Of a DNA stretch of 64,000 bases, positions 1 to 11,904 are shown one piece after another (position 1 is the first letter of the stretch; every line of letters starts with the position of its first letter). The DNA lies in assembly GCA_965649765.1 (NCBI GenBank), contig OZ287753.1, positions 69,750,001 through 69,814,000 on the forward strand. The letters are read 5' to 3'. A program made the translations under genes and the position numbers. The notes beneath the pieces are model-generated. The model saw nothing but the letters and a program-made list of their open reading frames with translations, was not told where the DNA came from and made no database searches. This stretch comes from Bispira polyomma. Lineage: Eukaryota.

Positions 1-1380
1 GTGTGTCTAATCACATTAAAGTCTATATCCATAATCAAATAAAGGTACAAATTAATGAATCTAAGTGCTTGTTGCAAGTGCCGATGAAATAAATTGCACT
101 GGTTGATAGATGGTTGAAACATTTCTAACAGTGACATAATTCAGCATATATAGGTCACAGTATTTATTAATGCCTGTTCCCTCAGTCACATGATTAACTG
201 ATTGTTGATGATTTAATTTGTGTCCCGAAGTATAGATATTTGCAATATTATTTCTTGTCCACAAGTTGTTAGCTGTGTAAATTGGTTGAACAGAAGCATA
301 TTTCTGGCAGAATTATATTCTTAGCTAAGCTTTGGATAAAGGTTGAAGTTGGATAAATTCTTTCACAATGAATTTGACTGTTATTTGTAGGCCATTTTGT
401 TGCAGTGTTTTTGTTTTTTGTGGTTTTAGATATTCTTTAAGATTTATTCTTAATTATTCCTGTGGTGAAAATAGTCTTACTTGTGGGATTCCTTGATTTG
501 AATTTGGGCCATTCCAGTGAATTATATATTGATGATTTTGTTTGCACATTTTCTGTGTCCAGTGGGAATAATGAAGAGTGGCAGTAGAAATTAATTTGTG
601 GTTTGGAAACTGCAGTTGTCTTCTTAACCAGATTGCTTGAGGGAGTGATACTTAAGATAACAGAAAGTTCATGCATTGCAGTTATGCTATTTGTGCTACA
701 AACATTAGCTCTGATTGGAAATAAGCTATATTTGAAATATAGGTAATAATACTTTGTATTCTCATAATTGAGTTTTGTATTTTCTTCTGTGTCATTCATG
801 GATAAATTAGTGTGGGTACATTTTCAATTCATACCATTAAGATTTCATGTTGTTAATTTTGTGAGGCAGGAAAGGAAGTAACACAATAAATTGTTGCTAA
901 GACCCTCTGTGATTTTTGCTGTAACAACTCTGGTTCTAATTTGTAACAGTTGTAAAAGATCAACAAAATATTCCACTAATCTTTTGCGAAAAGGTATACC
1001 CTTGGTGACGCAGTACGTTATGGGAAAATATCTTACAGGAAGTTATACAGTTAAAACCACTTTTAAACACTGTCTCCTTCAAAATGTGTTGATAAAAACC
1101 ATTCAGCTAAATTTGTAGCAAACATTAGTTGTTATATATTCAGGTGATTACGGAGAACCATGCATGGCTTATCACTGGTTGTATTAAAATTTATGAGGCA
1201 AGGTTTCAGTAACTTTAAGCTTGGTTCTTAGAACATTAAAATGTCCCAGTTTGCGCATTACTTGTCGAAAATTCCTTGGTAAATTAGAATCAGTACATTT
1301 TGGTTCTATAGTTACAATGGATTCAGTAACTGTTAACTGGTGTGATTTTCGGTGAGAGGTAAACACCTTTCAATGAATAT

Positions 1381-3453
1381 TTGGGGAAGGAAGACCCCCA
1401 AGAGTTAACAAGCATAGCTCATCAACAAGATGTGGAAAATGTACACCGCAAATATTGCAACAGAGAAAATGCTGTAGCATTGTCCATTATCTTGCTGGGT
1501 GTGCATACATCTTATGTAATGAGGGAGGTAAATAAAATGTTTTTAGCAGCGCAGGTAAAGGTGGGAGGTCTTTTAAAGAAACTGAAAATGAGTGAGGGAA
1601 ACCTTTATGAAAAAGAAGAAAAGTTGGAATCTGTGAAAGTTGACTTAAGTAATATGAGTGTAAGACATAGATTCTTACAATGTGAAGAAAAATACCTGCA
1701 GGAAAAAGTGACGAAGATGCAGGGAAAACGTGCAGAGGTGAAAGGAGAAAAGAGCGAGCAAGTCATCAGCAAGTCATCAGGCTATGTTGACTTGCTGTTA
1801 AGGTCATTAGATTATGTACTTATAGATAAAACCATACAAGTCAATAGGCTAGAAAAGAAGTTATTCAATTTAACTAAAGAACTTGAAAGCAAAAGCACGA
1901 AAGCCATTAGGCTGGGTGAACAATTAGAAGTAACAGATTGAAGATTTACAAAAAAAGACTGAAAATAGTGTGAAATTGCAAAAAGAAATTCCAGCCTTAA
2001 CATCTAATGTACAGGAAACGATTGAAGAGAATGCGAAATTGGGTGTGAAGATTGAAGTTTTAGAACATTCATCGGATTCCCAGCACCAGAAGACACAAGA
2101 GTTTCAAGAACTAAATAATGACCTTTGCCGGGAAATAGTCAGAGATAGACAACAGCGGCAAAAGAAGAAAACCCTATATAACCTACACATACATAATTGA
2201 ATCAAAGAGGTTTGCAAATCTCACAGGTCAGAAGTGGTCTATGGTTCAGAAATCTCCCTGGAGGAAAGTGAGTGGCTGTTCCATATTGAGTTAACTGACT
2301 CAGTACTTCAACATCGCAATTGTGAACCTGTTGAACCAGTTAGCTGTACATGTACTGAAATTACATCAGCCAGCTTTGTGGAGACACCAACTTTAAGTTG
2401 TGTGTCAATCTCGCTGCCCTTAAGGGTTGAATCTACTGTTACCAGCTTACAGAAGGCACCAACTCAAAGTTGTGTGTTATCTTTGCTGTCATGTAGGATG
2501 GTTGACTCAATTAAGCTAGGAACACCAGGTTTATCTTGTTGTTCTTCTTTGTTGGCAAATGTGGGGTCATGAGAAATCAATAAGGTTTAACTCCAACTAC
2601 AATAGGAGATTTACCACATTTTATACCCCTATTGTCGAGTACATCTGTTAATATGGAAATAAAGTATCAGGCAACTTCTACACAAGTTCAAGAAAATGTC
2701 TTCCAAAATTTCTAGACCAGTGTGTTAAGTTCCTATGTAAAACAAACTTGATTGTCACAGCATCTTTCTTCTGATTCATCAGCTGTCGGTCACCCTAAAT
2801 AACTAACTTACCAAGGCAATGGTGTGACAACATGTAGGCTTACACTAAACGATGCCACTATAAAAACCACTTATCAGTCAAGTCCAAATGGTCAGAATTG
2901 GGAGAAAAGTAAGAGTGGTGCTTATTTGCCAAAAAAAGTCTAGTCTCCAGTCGAAACCAGAGTGTTGTGGAAATCTAGAAATCCCAGAACAACGGGGGAC
3001 TTGATTCAAGCAGCTGATGTTGGGAGGGGTAAAAAAATGAACAACCACATCAGAAACATGTGAAGAAGAGGTGTTGATTTATTCGTGACTGTCACTTGGA
3101 AACGTCTCACTTGAAAAAAACATGTCATCGGAAGGAATCTAGCACAATTTGTTTCGTCAAAGGCAGCGATGACTCTGGAAGAACTGGTGGAGAATTATGA
3201 AAGTGTTTTGATGTCTGTTGCTAAAGATGTGGGTTGTCTTTCAATAAATGGACTCCTAAAAGTGGTACTGAGAAGGAGATGGTATCCCAAATCCAAATGT
3301 ACCATTTCTGGAAATGACCTTACTCTGATGAAGGATTTTCAGTATTGGATTGCTTGCAATGATCTTGCAATGATGAGCCATTTAAGTACAACACCATCGA
3401 AAAACATAAACCTGAAAAACAAAGAGGTTCATGAAAACAGAAAGTGCAAATAA
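1381..3453 (+). pseudogene. Degenerate long ORF: N-terminal coiled-coil, S/T-rich middle, C-terminal Cys/His-containing segment; origin unknown, possibly a TE accessory ORF
   Basis: Successive + strand ORF pieces (1381-1941, 1970-2200, 2234-2572, 3169-3453) with E/K/L heptad-like composition, broken by stops and frameshifts; no family recognised. Confidence 0.3.
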
Positions 3454-3460
3454 ATGAATT

Positions 3461-3772
3461 GGGGCTGTATTCACAAAGATTCTTATTCCTAGAGTTACTC
3501 TTAATCTGAAATATTTTAAAGAAAAAATCCAAGAATAAAAATGTTCACTTTTATTGCTTTCTTAATCTTAGATGTTTTTTAAAGAATTACTACACAAAGT
3601 TGCCAATTTTTGCACCATTCTTAGATTTTAGCCTTATTTAAATTTTGTCTTTAAAAAGATCTAAAAATAGGATTAAAACACTCTTAAAATTTTCTTAGAA
3701 ATGTCTCAGTCTAAGAAAAATTCTAAGAATAACTGTAATTCTAAGAATAAGAATCTTTGTGAATACAGTCCC
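3461..3772. mobile_element. MITE, probably non-autonomous PIF/Harbinger-type
   Basis: TIRs ggggctgtattcacaaagattcttattc (3461) and gaataagaatctttgtgaatacagtccc (ends 3772), with internal aagaat sub-repeats. Confidence 0.8.
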
Positions 3773-5510
3773 AGGTATTGTCTGATGTTCCAGTTTTTTA
3801 ATCTTACTTCTATGATGGTGGGTTGAAATGATGAATCGTATTTAAGAGAGCATACCTGATGAGCCCAGCCTAGCCTGCCTGAGGCTTCCAGGATACAAGT
3901 TTCTAACCTCCTAACACTAGTGGCAAACAGGTCGCCCAAAAATGCAGAGGACCAGAGTTCTATCCCAGCCTCAAGTTTCGAGGTTTTTAGGCAGATAATG
4001 CATTGTGGCTTCGGTAAAATGGTAGTGTCCTCTTTTGTGATTGTGTCCTATCCCCTAGGATTAAAGAACTTTGATATAAAAAGTGTGATCCTAAAACATT
4101 TTGTTTTCACTCATTCGATACAATTACATGACCAAAGCCATTTGTGCACAAACAATATAGAAACACCCAAGACAGGATGTTTTTAGAGACTTCCTTAAGG
4201 CCAATTGCAGTGTCATGTGGTGAAATGTAGTGTGGTGTGGTGCTGGGACCAGTCTGAATAATCAATATATGTTGTACTACATATATATTTTTATAGTGTT
4301 GTGTCGTGTAGTTGGTGGTCTCTAATGCCCTAATACCTCAATTAGCATTTATTTAACAACAGGAAAAACATAAATTTATGAGAGTGAAAATTAGTTTATT
4401 AATTCGAACATTCGGATAACACTAAAAAAAATCACACCAGTGGGGAGAGGGCAGAACCGCGAGTTTAGTGCTAGAAGTGACTTCCCAGCTCCAACACTAG
4501 CTCCCATAATAACAAATCTGTTAAAGACAAAAACTGGAATGTGGACTATAACACGGTTCCTGCTAGTAAATTCGGGTATAACAAACACGTAGGGCATTGT
4601 ACGTGACAGTGGTGGGAAAGGACTGGGAAGAAAGTTATAAACTTGTCTATGTCGGCAAGTATTAAGGCTGAATGTACTGGTTTAGAACCAAGGGCAGATA
4701 GTGTCAGTAGTAGTTATTTTAGTATAGGCAGTAACAAATCCTATATACAACCAGTTAGCTATAACAGTGTCAGTAGTGAGGGCACACAAGGGCTAGACAA
4801 AGCAAACACAAGAAGTTTCACAAAAAATGTTCATTTTCATATGTCACTGGGAGAGCAGAGTTTAACAGGTGACACAAGTGTCAAGGTTATTGTAGAATAC
4901 AATTTTACAATGATCCAAGATATATGGGGGAACACCCTAAATAGAGTTTCACAGAAGAGGCAAACTCTGAAATGTTATGTTATGGACCTAACAATGGAAT
5001 CTTATACCTTTTGTGACACTGGTAGCCAGTTAATGAATGTTAGTATAGCTATACACCAAGGCCAATTCGGCAGTGCCATAGACAGAGCCCACTTAAGAGA
5101 AACCAGTCCTTGAATAATACAAACTATTGCTGTGGCATTAAGGAGGCAATACACAGCTTTGGCCTCAATTTCACTCAGATGGAAGGTTAAGATGGCCTGG
5201 CTTAACCAATAGACTGGTAGTGCCAGGCCCTAGTGCTCCAAATTAAGTGATGGTTTGTTGTTGGTGAATGTTTATATCGTTGTTTTGTTAGTTTTATTCT
5301 GCTGGTATCTGGTTTGTGCTTTTGTTTGGAGTATCTGGAAGGCGGCTGCTTAACAGGTCAATTGAGGTTCGCTTTTAGTGGGCTTTGAGTATACTGCTAA
5401 TGTATCTCTGGTACTTGTGTGCTGGGCTTAGCCCCACACAATTCGGTATCCCCTTGTTGGGCTCGAAGGGTGGGTGGAGAGCATTGGCAGTGAATATTAA
5501 CTATTTAACC

Positions 5511-6764
5511 ATGGCATCACAAAATCAAACGGATGGAAGGAAAAGGATTAGACCCACGAATGACCCAGGAATTATGACTTTGGAAACTGGTATTGCTTAT
5601 TCTTGGCCTCGATTTTTACTCTTGCAAGGTTCTGATACAGAAAATTCCCTACTGAAACTTTCACCTTTTGCAGTTAATAAAGCCATTTTATCTGTTTTGG
5701 GCACTGAACCTATCAACATAAAAAAACTAAGATCAGGAAATATTCTAGTTGAGGTAGATAAAGAATAGCAAAGTGACAAACTTTTGAAAACCACAAAATT
5801 GGACTTGACAATGGACTACTCCATACCAATCAGTGTAACCCCTCACAATACTTTGAATACAAAGAAAAGAGTGCTAAGATATCCAGATATCAAAGAATGT
5901 GCAGATGATGAAATATTGGAAGGTTTGCAACCTGAGGGTGTTGTAAAGTTGGACCGAAAAACAATTTTTAGAGAGGGTGTAAGAAGGTGTACTGGGACTT
6001 TCATATTGACTTTTGCATGCCAAGTTCTGCCAAAATACATCAGGCTGGGTTATTTGCGGGTGCCTGTGTCAGTGTTTGTTCCAAATCCAATGAGGTGCTT
6101 CAGATGCCAAAAATTTGGTCATACAAAATTTACATGTAGAAGAAAACAAGTGTGCCCAAAATGTGGTAGTGAGAATCATACAGATATACATGAATGTGAA
6201 AATGATGCCAAGTGTATTAATTGTGAGGAAAATCATGCAGCTACTGACAAAACTTGCCCAAAATGGAAGGAAGGAAAAGAAATCCAAAAGCTCAAAACTA
6301 AAAGAGGTATATCTTATACAGAAGCCAAGAAACAAATATCAATATTTAATAGTGTAAAAACATCATATGCCAAAGTAACAAAATCTGTGACACTTTGCTC
6401 CAAAGAAACTTAGACAGATATGACTTGGCCAGAAACATTAAAAAGTCCCAAAAAATTACCACAAGCAACAAATGAAAAGGATTCAAAAGTAGTTTTAAAC
6501 AAAGTTACATCTTTAAGTCAAACTGAAGCAACCAAATCACAAAATGAATCAGTCAAAGTGACAAATAACCAGAGTAAGGTAATTCTTCATAGAAACCTAG
6601 CTGTCAAAACAGGAAACAGAAATTCAAAAGGGTCAAATGATCTTATTAAACAATATAATGAACAAGATACTCTTGACTCAGATGGTGAGGATGATAATGA
6701 AATGATGGTTGATCTACCACCACAAAATAATAGAGGAAGACCCCGGAGTCAAAATTGTAAATAA
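5511..6764 (+). pseudogene. LINE ORF1 (gag-like nucleic-acid-binding protein) with 2 premature stops
   Basis: IKKLRSGNILVEV; knuckles CFRCQKFGHTKFTC, CPKCGSENH..C and CINCEENH..C; TAG at 5766 and 6411. Confidence 0.9.
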
Positions 6765-6773
6765 AATTAAATA

Positions 6774-9700
6774 ATGAAACCAAACCAAAAACACATTATC
6801 CAGTGGAACAATAAGCCAAATTTTGAAGAAATTAAACATTTGATTTCTGATTTTAGTCCATACATTTTAGCTTTGCAGGAAACATATTTTAAAGACAACG
6901 ATAATTACAAATTGGGAGGCTTTGATCACTATTACAAAACTAGTGTTTCAGAGGTTAATGGAAGAGTATTTGAAGGTTGCTCATTATTTGTTAAAAAAGG
7001 TGTGCCACATGAAATAATCTCTTTAACCACACAGTTACAAGCCGTAGCAGTTAAAGTATCTCTACACAAAACAATACCTATATGTTGTATATATATTCCA
7101 CCAAGTTGTACAGTTGCACAGAAAAACTTAGATAATCTAGTCAATGAACTGCCACAACCATTTGTATTAATAGGGGACTTTAATACCCATAATGAGTTGT
7201 GGGGTTCAAATCACTGTGATAGTAGAGGAGAATAGATTGAGCATATATTAGACTCACCTAGTGTTTGTTTACACAATGACTATTCTCCTACATATCTACA
7301 TCCAGCTACAGGATCTTCAACTGCAATAGATTTATCATTATGTTCCAGTTCAATATTCCTTGACTTTACTTGGCAAGTTCACAGTGACCAATGTGGTAGT
7401 GATCATTTCCCAATTTTAATCGATATAGTTAAAAATATACCAAGAGACAATGTACCCCATTGGAATATTAAAAAGGCTTATTGGATAAAATATCAGCTAC
7501 ATTGCTCACTTGAAATTAATAGACATACATTTCAAAATTTGAGTGACAAGTTTCCTGTTTTTATGAATAAATTAAATGACACAGCCACAAAAAGTACACC
7601 TAAAACCTCAGGACAGTCCACTGGTAGTTTTAAACCACGGTTTAATGATGAATGTAAAGCTCGTCAGAAAGCGCTAGATAAATGCCGAATAAATCCAACA
7701 TCCGCAAATATAAATGAATATAGAAACTGCAGGGCTAAGGTTTGGAGTGTAATGAAAGCAGCCAAAAGAAACTCCTGGAAGGAATATATATCAAAACTAA
7801 ATACAAATACTTCAGCCAAAAAGGTATGGGAAATGCTTAAGAAAATAAATGGGAGGCAAAATAACACAACAGTAAGACCTCTAGTAAATACTGATGGAAG
7901 TAAAATAACAGATAGAGGAGATATAGCAAATATGTTGGCAGAAGAAATAAGCAAAAATTCCAGCAGTAAGAATTACTCTGTTAAGTTTCAGAAATATCAG
8001 GAAAAGGCTGAAAAAGAAAAGCTTAATTTTGCATCAAGAAACCATGAAAATTATAACATGAAGTTCAAGATATCAGAATTAATAGATGCATTAAAAAAGT
8101 CTCATGATACAGCCACAGGGCCTGATGAAGTACATTATCAATTACTTAAACATGTACCAAGGGATTCACTTATGGTACTATTAGAAATATTTAATGAAAT
8201 ATGGATAACTGGTGAAATCCCTGAATGCTGGAAAGAAGCAACTATTATACCCATTCCTAAGCCTGGTAAAGACCCACAAAACCTATCTAATTACTGTCCC
8301 ATATCTTTGACGAGCTGCTTGTGCAAGACTATGGAAAGAATGATAAATGCAAGATTGGTTTGGTTTCTTGAAAAAAACAACATTTCAAGTGTACATCAAA
8401 GTGGTTTTAGAAAAGTTCGAACTACAACAGACCAATTAGTTCGACTTGAATCTTTAATTAGAGATTCATTTTTAAAAGGCAACCATGTTGTTTCAGTATT
8501 TTTTTATCTAAAAAAAGCATATGATACTGTTTGGAAATATGGTGTTGCCAGAGATTTGTATAAGGCAGGGCTTCGTGGTAGAATGCCTGTTTTTATTCAG
8601 AATTTTTTATCCAATAGAGTTTTCAAAGTTCGCCTAGGATCAGTTTATTCAGATATGCACAATCAAGAAATGGCTGTTCCTCAAGGAAGTATCCTTGCTG
8701 TTACTTAGTTTATTTTAAAAATCAATAGCATAAGTGATATTATTCCATCCAACTTTGAAAAGTCTCTCTTTGTAGATGACCGTTAAATAACATATAGCTC
8801 AAATAATATGGTCTCTATAGAAAGACAATTAGAGCTATGCCTGAATAAAATTGCAAAATGGGCTGATGAAAATGGTTTTAAATTTTCTAAAAGTAAAACA
8901 GTATGCATGCACTTCTGTAACAAAAGAAAAGTCCATCTAGACCCTACATTGACATTATATGGCACTCAGATACCTGTAGTAACACAAAGAAAGTTTCTTG
9001 GCATTATACTTGATAACAGGTTGAATTTTAAAGCACATATTGACTATGTGTGCAAGAAATGTGACAAAGCAATGAATTTATTAAAAGTAGTCTCAAAAAT
9101 GGATTGGGGTGCGGACAGATGTGTACTACTGAGGATGTATCGATCTTTTGTTAGATCAAGGATGGATTATGGTTGTGCAGTTTTTAGCTCTGCCCGTAAG
9201 TCTTATTTGAGAAAATTGGAACCCATTTAAAACCAGGGCATAAGAATATGCCTAGGAGCCTTCAGGACTTCTCCAATGCAAAGCTTATACGTAGAAGCTA
9301 ATGAACCACCATTATACCTGAGATTTCATAAACTGTGTGTTAAGTATGCAATAAAGTTGAGAAGTAATCCTGAAAATCCAACCTATGAAGTAGTATATAA
9401 CCCTCAGTACATAGATAAGTATGAAAATAAACCATCTGCTATAAGATCATTTGGGCATCGTATTAAGGCAGACTCAGCTGCTGTCTGTCCTCGGTTGGAT
9501 TTAATTCAGACTGTGTCATTGCCAGAAGACCCACCCTGGACTATACAAAAACCACATATTGATTACTACTTGGCACAAAATAGAAAACATATATGAGACG
9601 ATTATTTATTTCAAAGTCTCTTTAGCCAGTTGATCAACTGTTATTCTGCCCACAGGGCAATATATACTGATGGTTCTAAAGATAAAAACAAAGTAGCTGC

Positions 9701-10451
9701 AGCAGCAATATCAAATGGCCTCAGTGCCCAAGTTAGATTACCTGGCAATGCTAGTATATTCACAGCTGAATTGCAGGCTCTGAAAATGGCATTTCACATT
9801 ATTAGAAATTGTGAGGGGTTAAAGTTTATTGTATTCACTGACTCTCTATCTAGTCTGAGAGCCATTGAGGGCAATAACTGTGATCATCCCTATTTTCAGG
9901 ATATTTTAAAGGTTTTTAATCAGTGTTTGTCAGTGAACAAAAAAGTAGTTTTAGCATGGGTTCCTAGTCATGTAGGTATTAAGGGCAATGAAGTGGCAGA
10001 CAAGCTTGCCAAACAAGCATTGAATTTTAACATTATAGACTTGAAAGTCCCCTATACAGACTCTAAAGTTAATGTAAATAGTGTTTTTAAACAAAAGTGG
10101 CAAGCCCAATGGAATGTGTGTCCTGATAACAAACTATTTCAAATAAACCCTACAGTTGGAGATTTTAATTTTTGGACAGGTTTATCTCGTAGGGAAGAAA
10201 TAGTTATTATTCGAGCCCGTATAGGGCAAACCTATTTTACTCACAGCTATCTGTTAAAAGGTGAGGATATGCCCTGGTGCATTCCATGTCATTGTCCCGA
10301 TGCAGTCAGGCATATATTATTAGACTGTATCGACCTACATGACGTACAAGTAAAACATTTTAATAGTAAAAATTTAAAAGAATTGTTATATACAAATGTA
10401 AATAGTGTTTTTAATTATTTAAAAGAAATTTATTTCTTTTATAAATTTTAA
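6774..10451 (+). pseudogene. LINE ORF2: AP endonuclease, reverse transcriptase, RNase H and zinc finger, with 5 premature stops
   Basis: LQET, GDFNTH, SDHFPI (APE); IPKPGK, QSGFRK, PQGS, FVDD (RT); YTDGS, AELQA, TDS, WVPSHVGIKGNEVAD (RNase H); CIPC..HILLDC; stops at 7233, 8706, 8784, 9228 and 9594. Confidence 0.95.
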
Positions 10452-10459
10452 TGTGTAAG

Positions 10460-10720
10460 TATTTTTAGTCATTGTTTTGCTGTTTATTTGTTAGTATTGC
10501 TTTTTGTCTGTTTTTTGGTTTTGTTTTCATTATTTGTTACAATAATGTTTTTTATGTTATTTATTAGATAGTAGTCTCCGTATATTCTAGTCATCGTTTT
10601 GTATTTTATTTATATATATATCTGTATGTTTAGTCATTTTGTTCTGTTTTTTATATTCTAGTCATTGTTTTGTCTTTTACTTGTATGTCTAGTCATTTTA
10701 TTCTGTTTTATTTATTATTT
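10460..10720 (+). repeat. Degenerate tandem repeat in the LINE 3' UTR (tagtcattgttttg core)
   Basis: About five imperfect copies of tagtcat..tt between 10467 and 10710. Confidence 0.6.
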
Positions 10721-11904
10721 ATTATATTGTAAAAATGTTTTTAGGTGTAGCATAACACCACGGTGTTTATACACCTTAATTTCAACTTACTTTACTTTAC
10801 AAAAATAACCTCGTGTAATAAAATACTGAAATATTAGAAAAATCAAAGTCGAATCTGAAGGGACCACAAAAACTTTGTTCTACTTCAGAGATATTCTACT
10901 TAACAGGGTAAATTATAATTAGAAATACAGTATAATATTTAAGTATTACCAAATTTAAAGACGACATCCTTGCATCAAATCTCATGAAACATCCCCACAA
11001 AAATTATGACAGCCTCAGCCTTTCTACGATTCTTTATCAAAAATCTTTTTCAATGAACAGAATTCGCACAGAGATATATCAGCATTTTACCCAGACCAGT
11101 CATAAATAAGCCACTTTATTAATGTACTTCAGGCTTTGGTGAAGAGAACACGTAAAATCTGTGCCATAAAACATTGCTAAAACTAGCTCAACACTTTGTT
11201 TCTATATGTTTTTTATTGTAGCCTTATACACCCCTTTGTATTGTACATTTTATATAATTTTTGGGGTTTTTTCAAATAAAGTATGAACTATGCTATATGT
11301 GTTTGTGTTTTTCATGTGTTTTTCTAATGTTACTAAAATATATATAGTGGTACAAGACACTCAGAATGGAAACAGAAAAACCCAACAATAAGGAGACGAT
11401 GCTAAACAAAACACATACTTCTAAGGCTCTATGATGTAATTGCAGTATTGTAAACAATGGGAAAAAGTAGTCCGTGACTAACGGCAGAGGCCTGGCTCGG
11501 GTTCGCCACCTGGGGAGCGTTACGTAAACTGATCTATCTTGTTTACGTTACTAAAAACCTTAAAGTCTTAAAGCCCCATTATTCTACTCGACCCCAGGTC
11601 AAGAATTTAAAACTATTATTTCATATTGTTTCAGTACTAATATAAGAAAAAAACATAATTTTTGAAAAATTGTTTCACAGTCTATAACTATATAAAACTA
11701 ACCAGCAAATTAGCCTTTTTACATCAACTGGATCAATAAAAAGCTGATCAATAATGTTTACTGTATCAATAAAAATAAAAAAACTATTCTTTTTTTTGGG
11801 GTGGGTGTGGTGAGGTCCAAGAATATTTGCCAAGTCTGCCACTGATTTGCAGTCAGGAAGTATAACCGTAGAGAATATGTGGAGTATTTTCTTTATTACA
11901 TTCC

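Larger units (their letters stand above)
5100..10800 (+). mobile_element. Near full-length I-clade (Nimb-like) non-LTR retrotransposon, inactivated
   Basis: ORF1 with three zinc knuckles; ORF2 with APE, RT, RNase H and a C-terminal zinc finger; AT-rich 3' UTR ending in a hairpin and a short (acttt)n-like tail at ~10745-10800; 5' boundary approximate. Confidence 0.9.

Noticed and set aside
4643-5113. 156-aa ORF upstream of the LINE
   Set aside because: Non-ATG start in the track, no recognisable domain and no splice support
5511-10451. Stop-codon readthrough or an alternative genetic code in the LINE ORFs
   Set aside because: The stops are a mix of TAG, TAA and TGA replacing different residues, other conserved residues are also mutated, and the host gene ends normally in TAG
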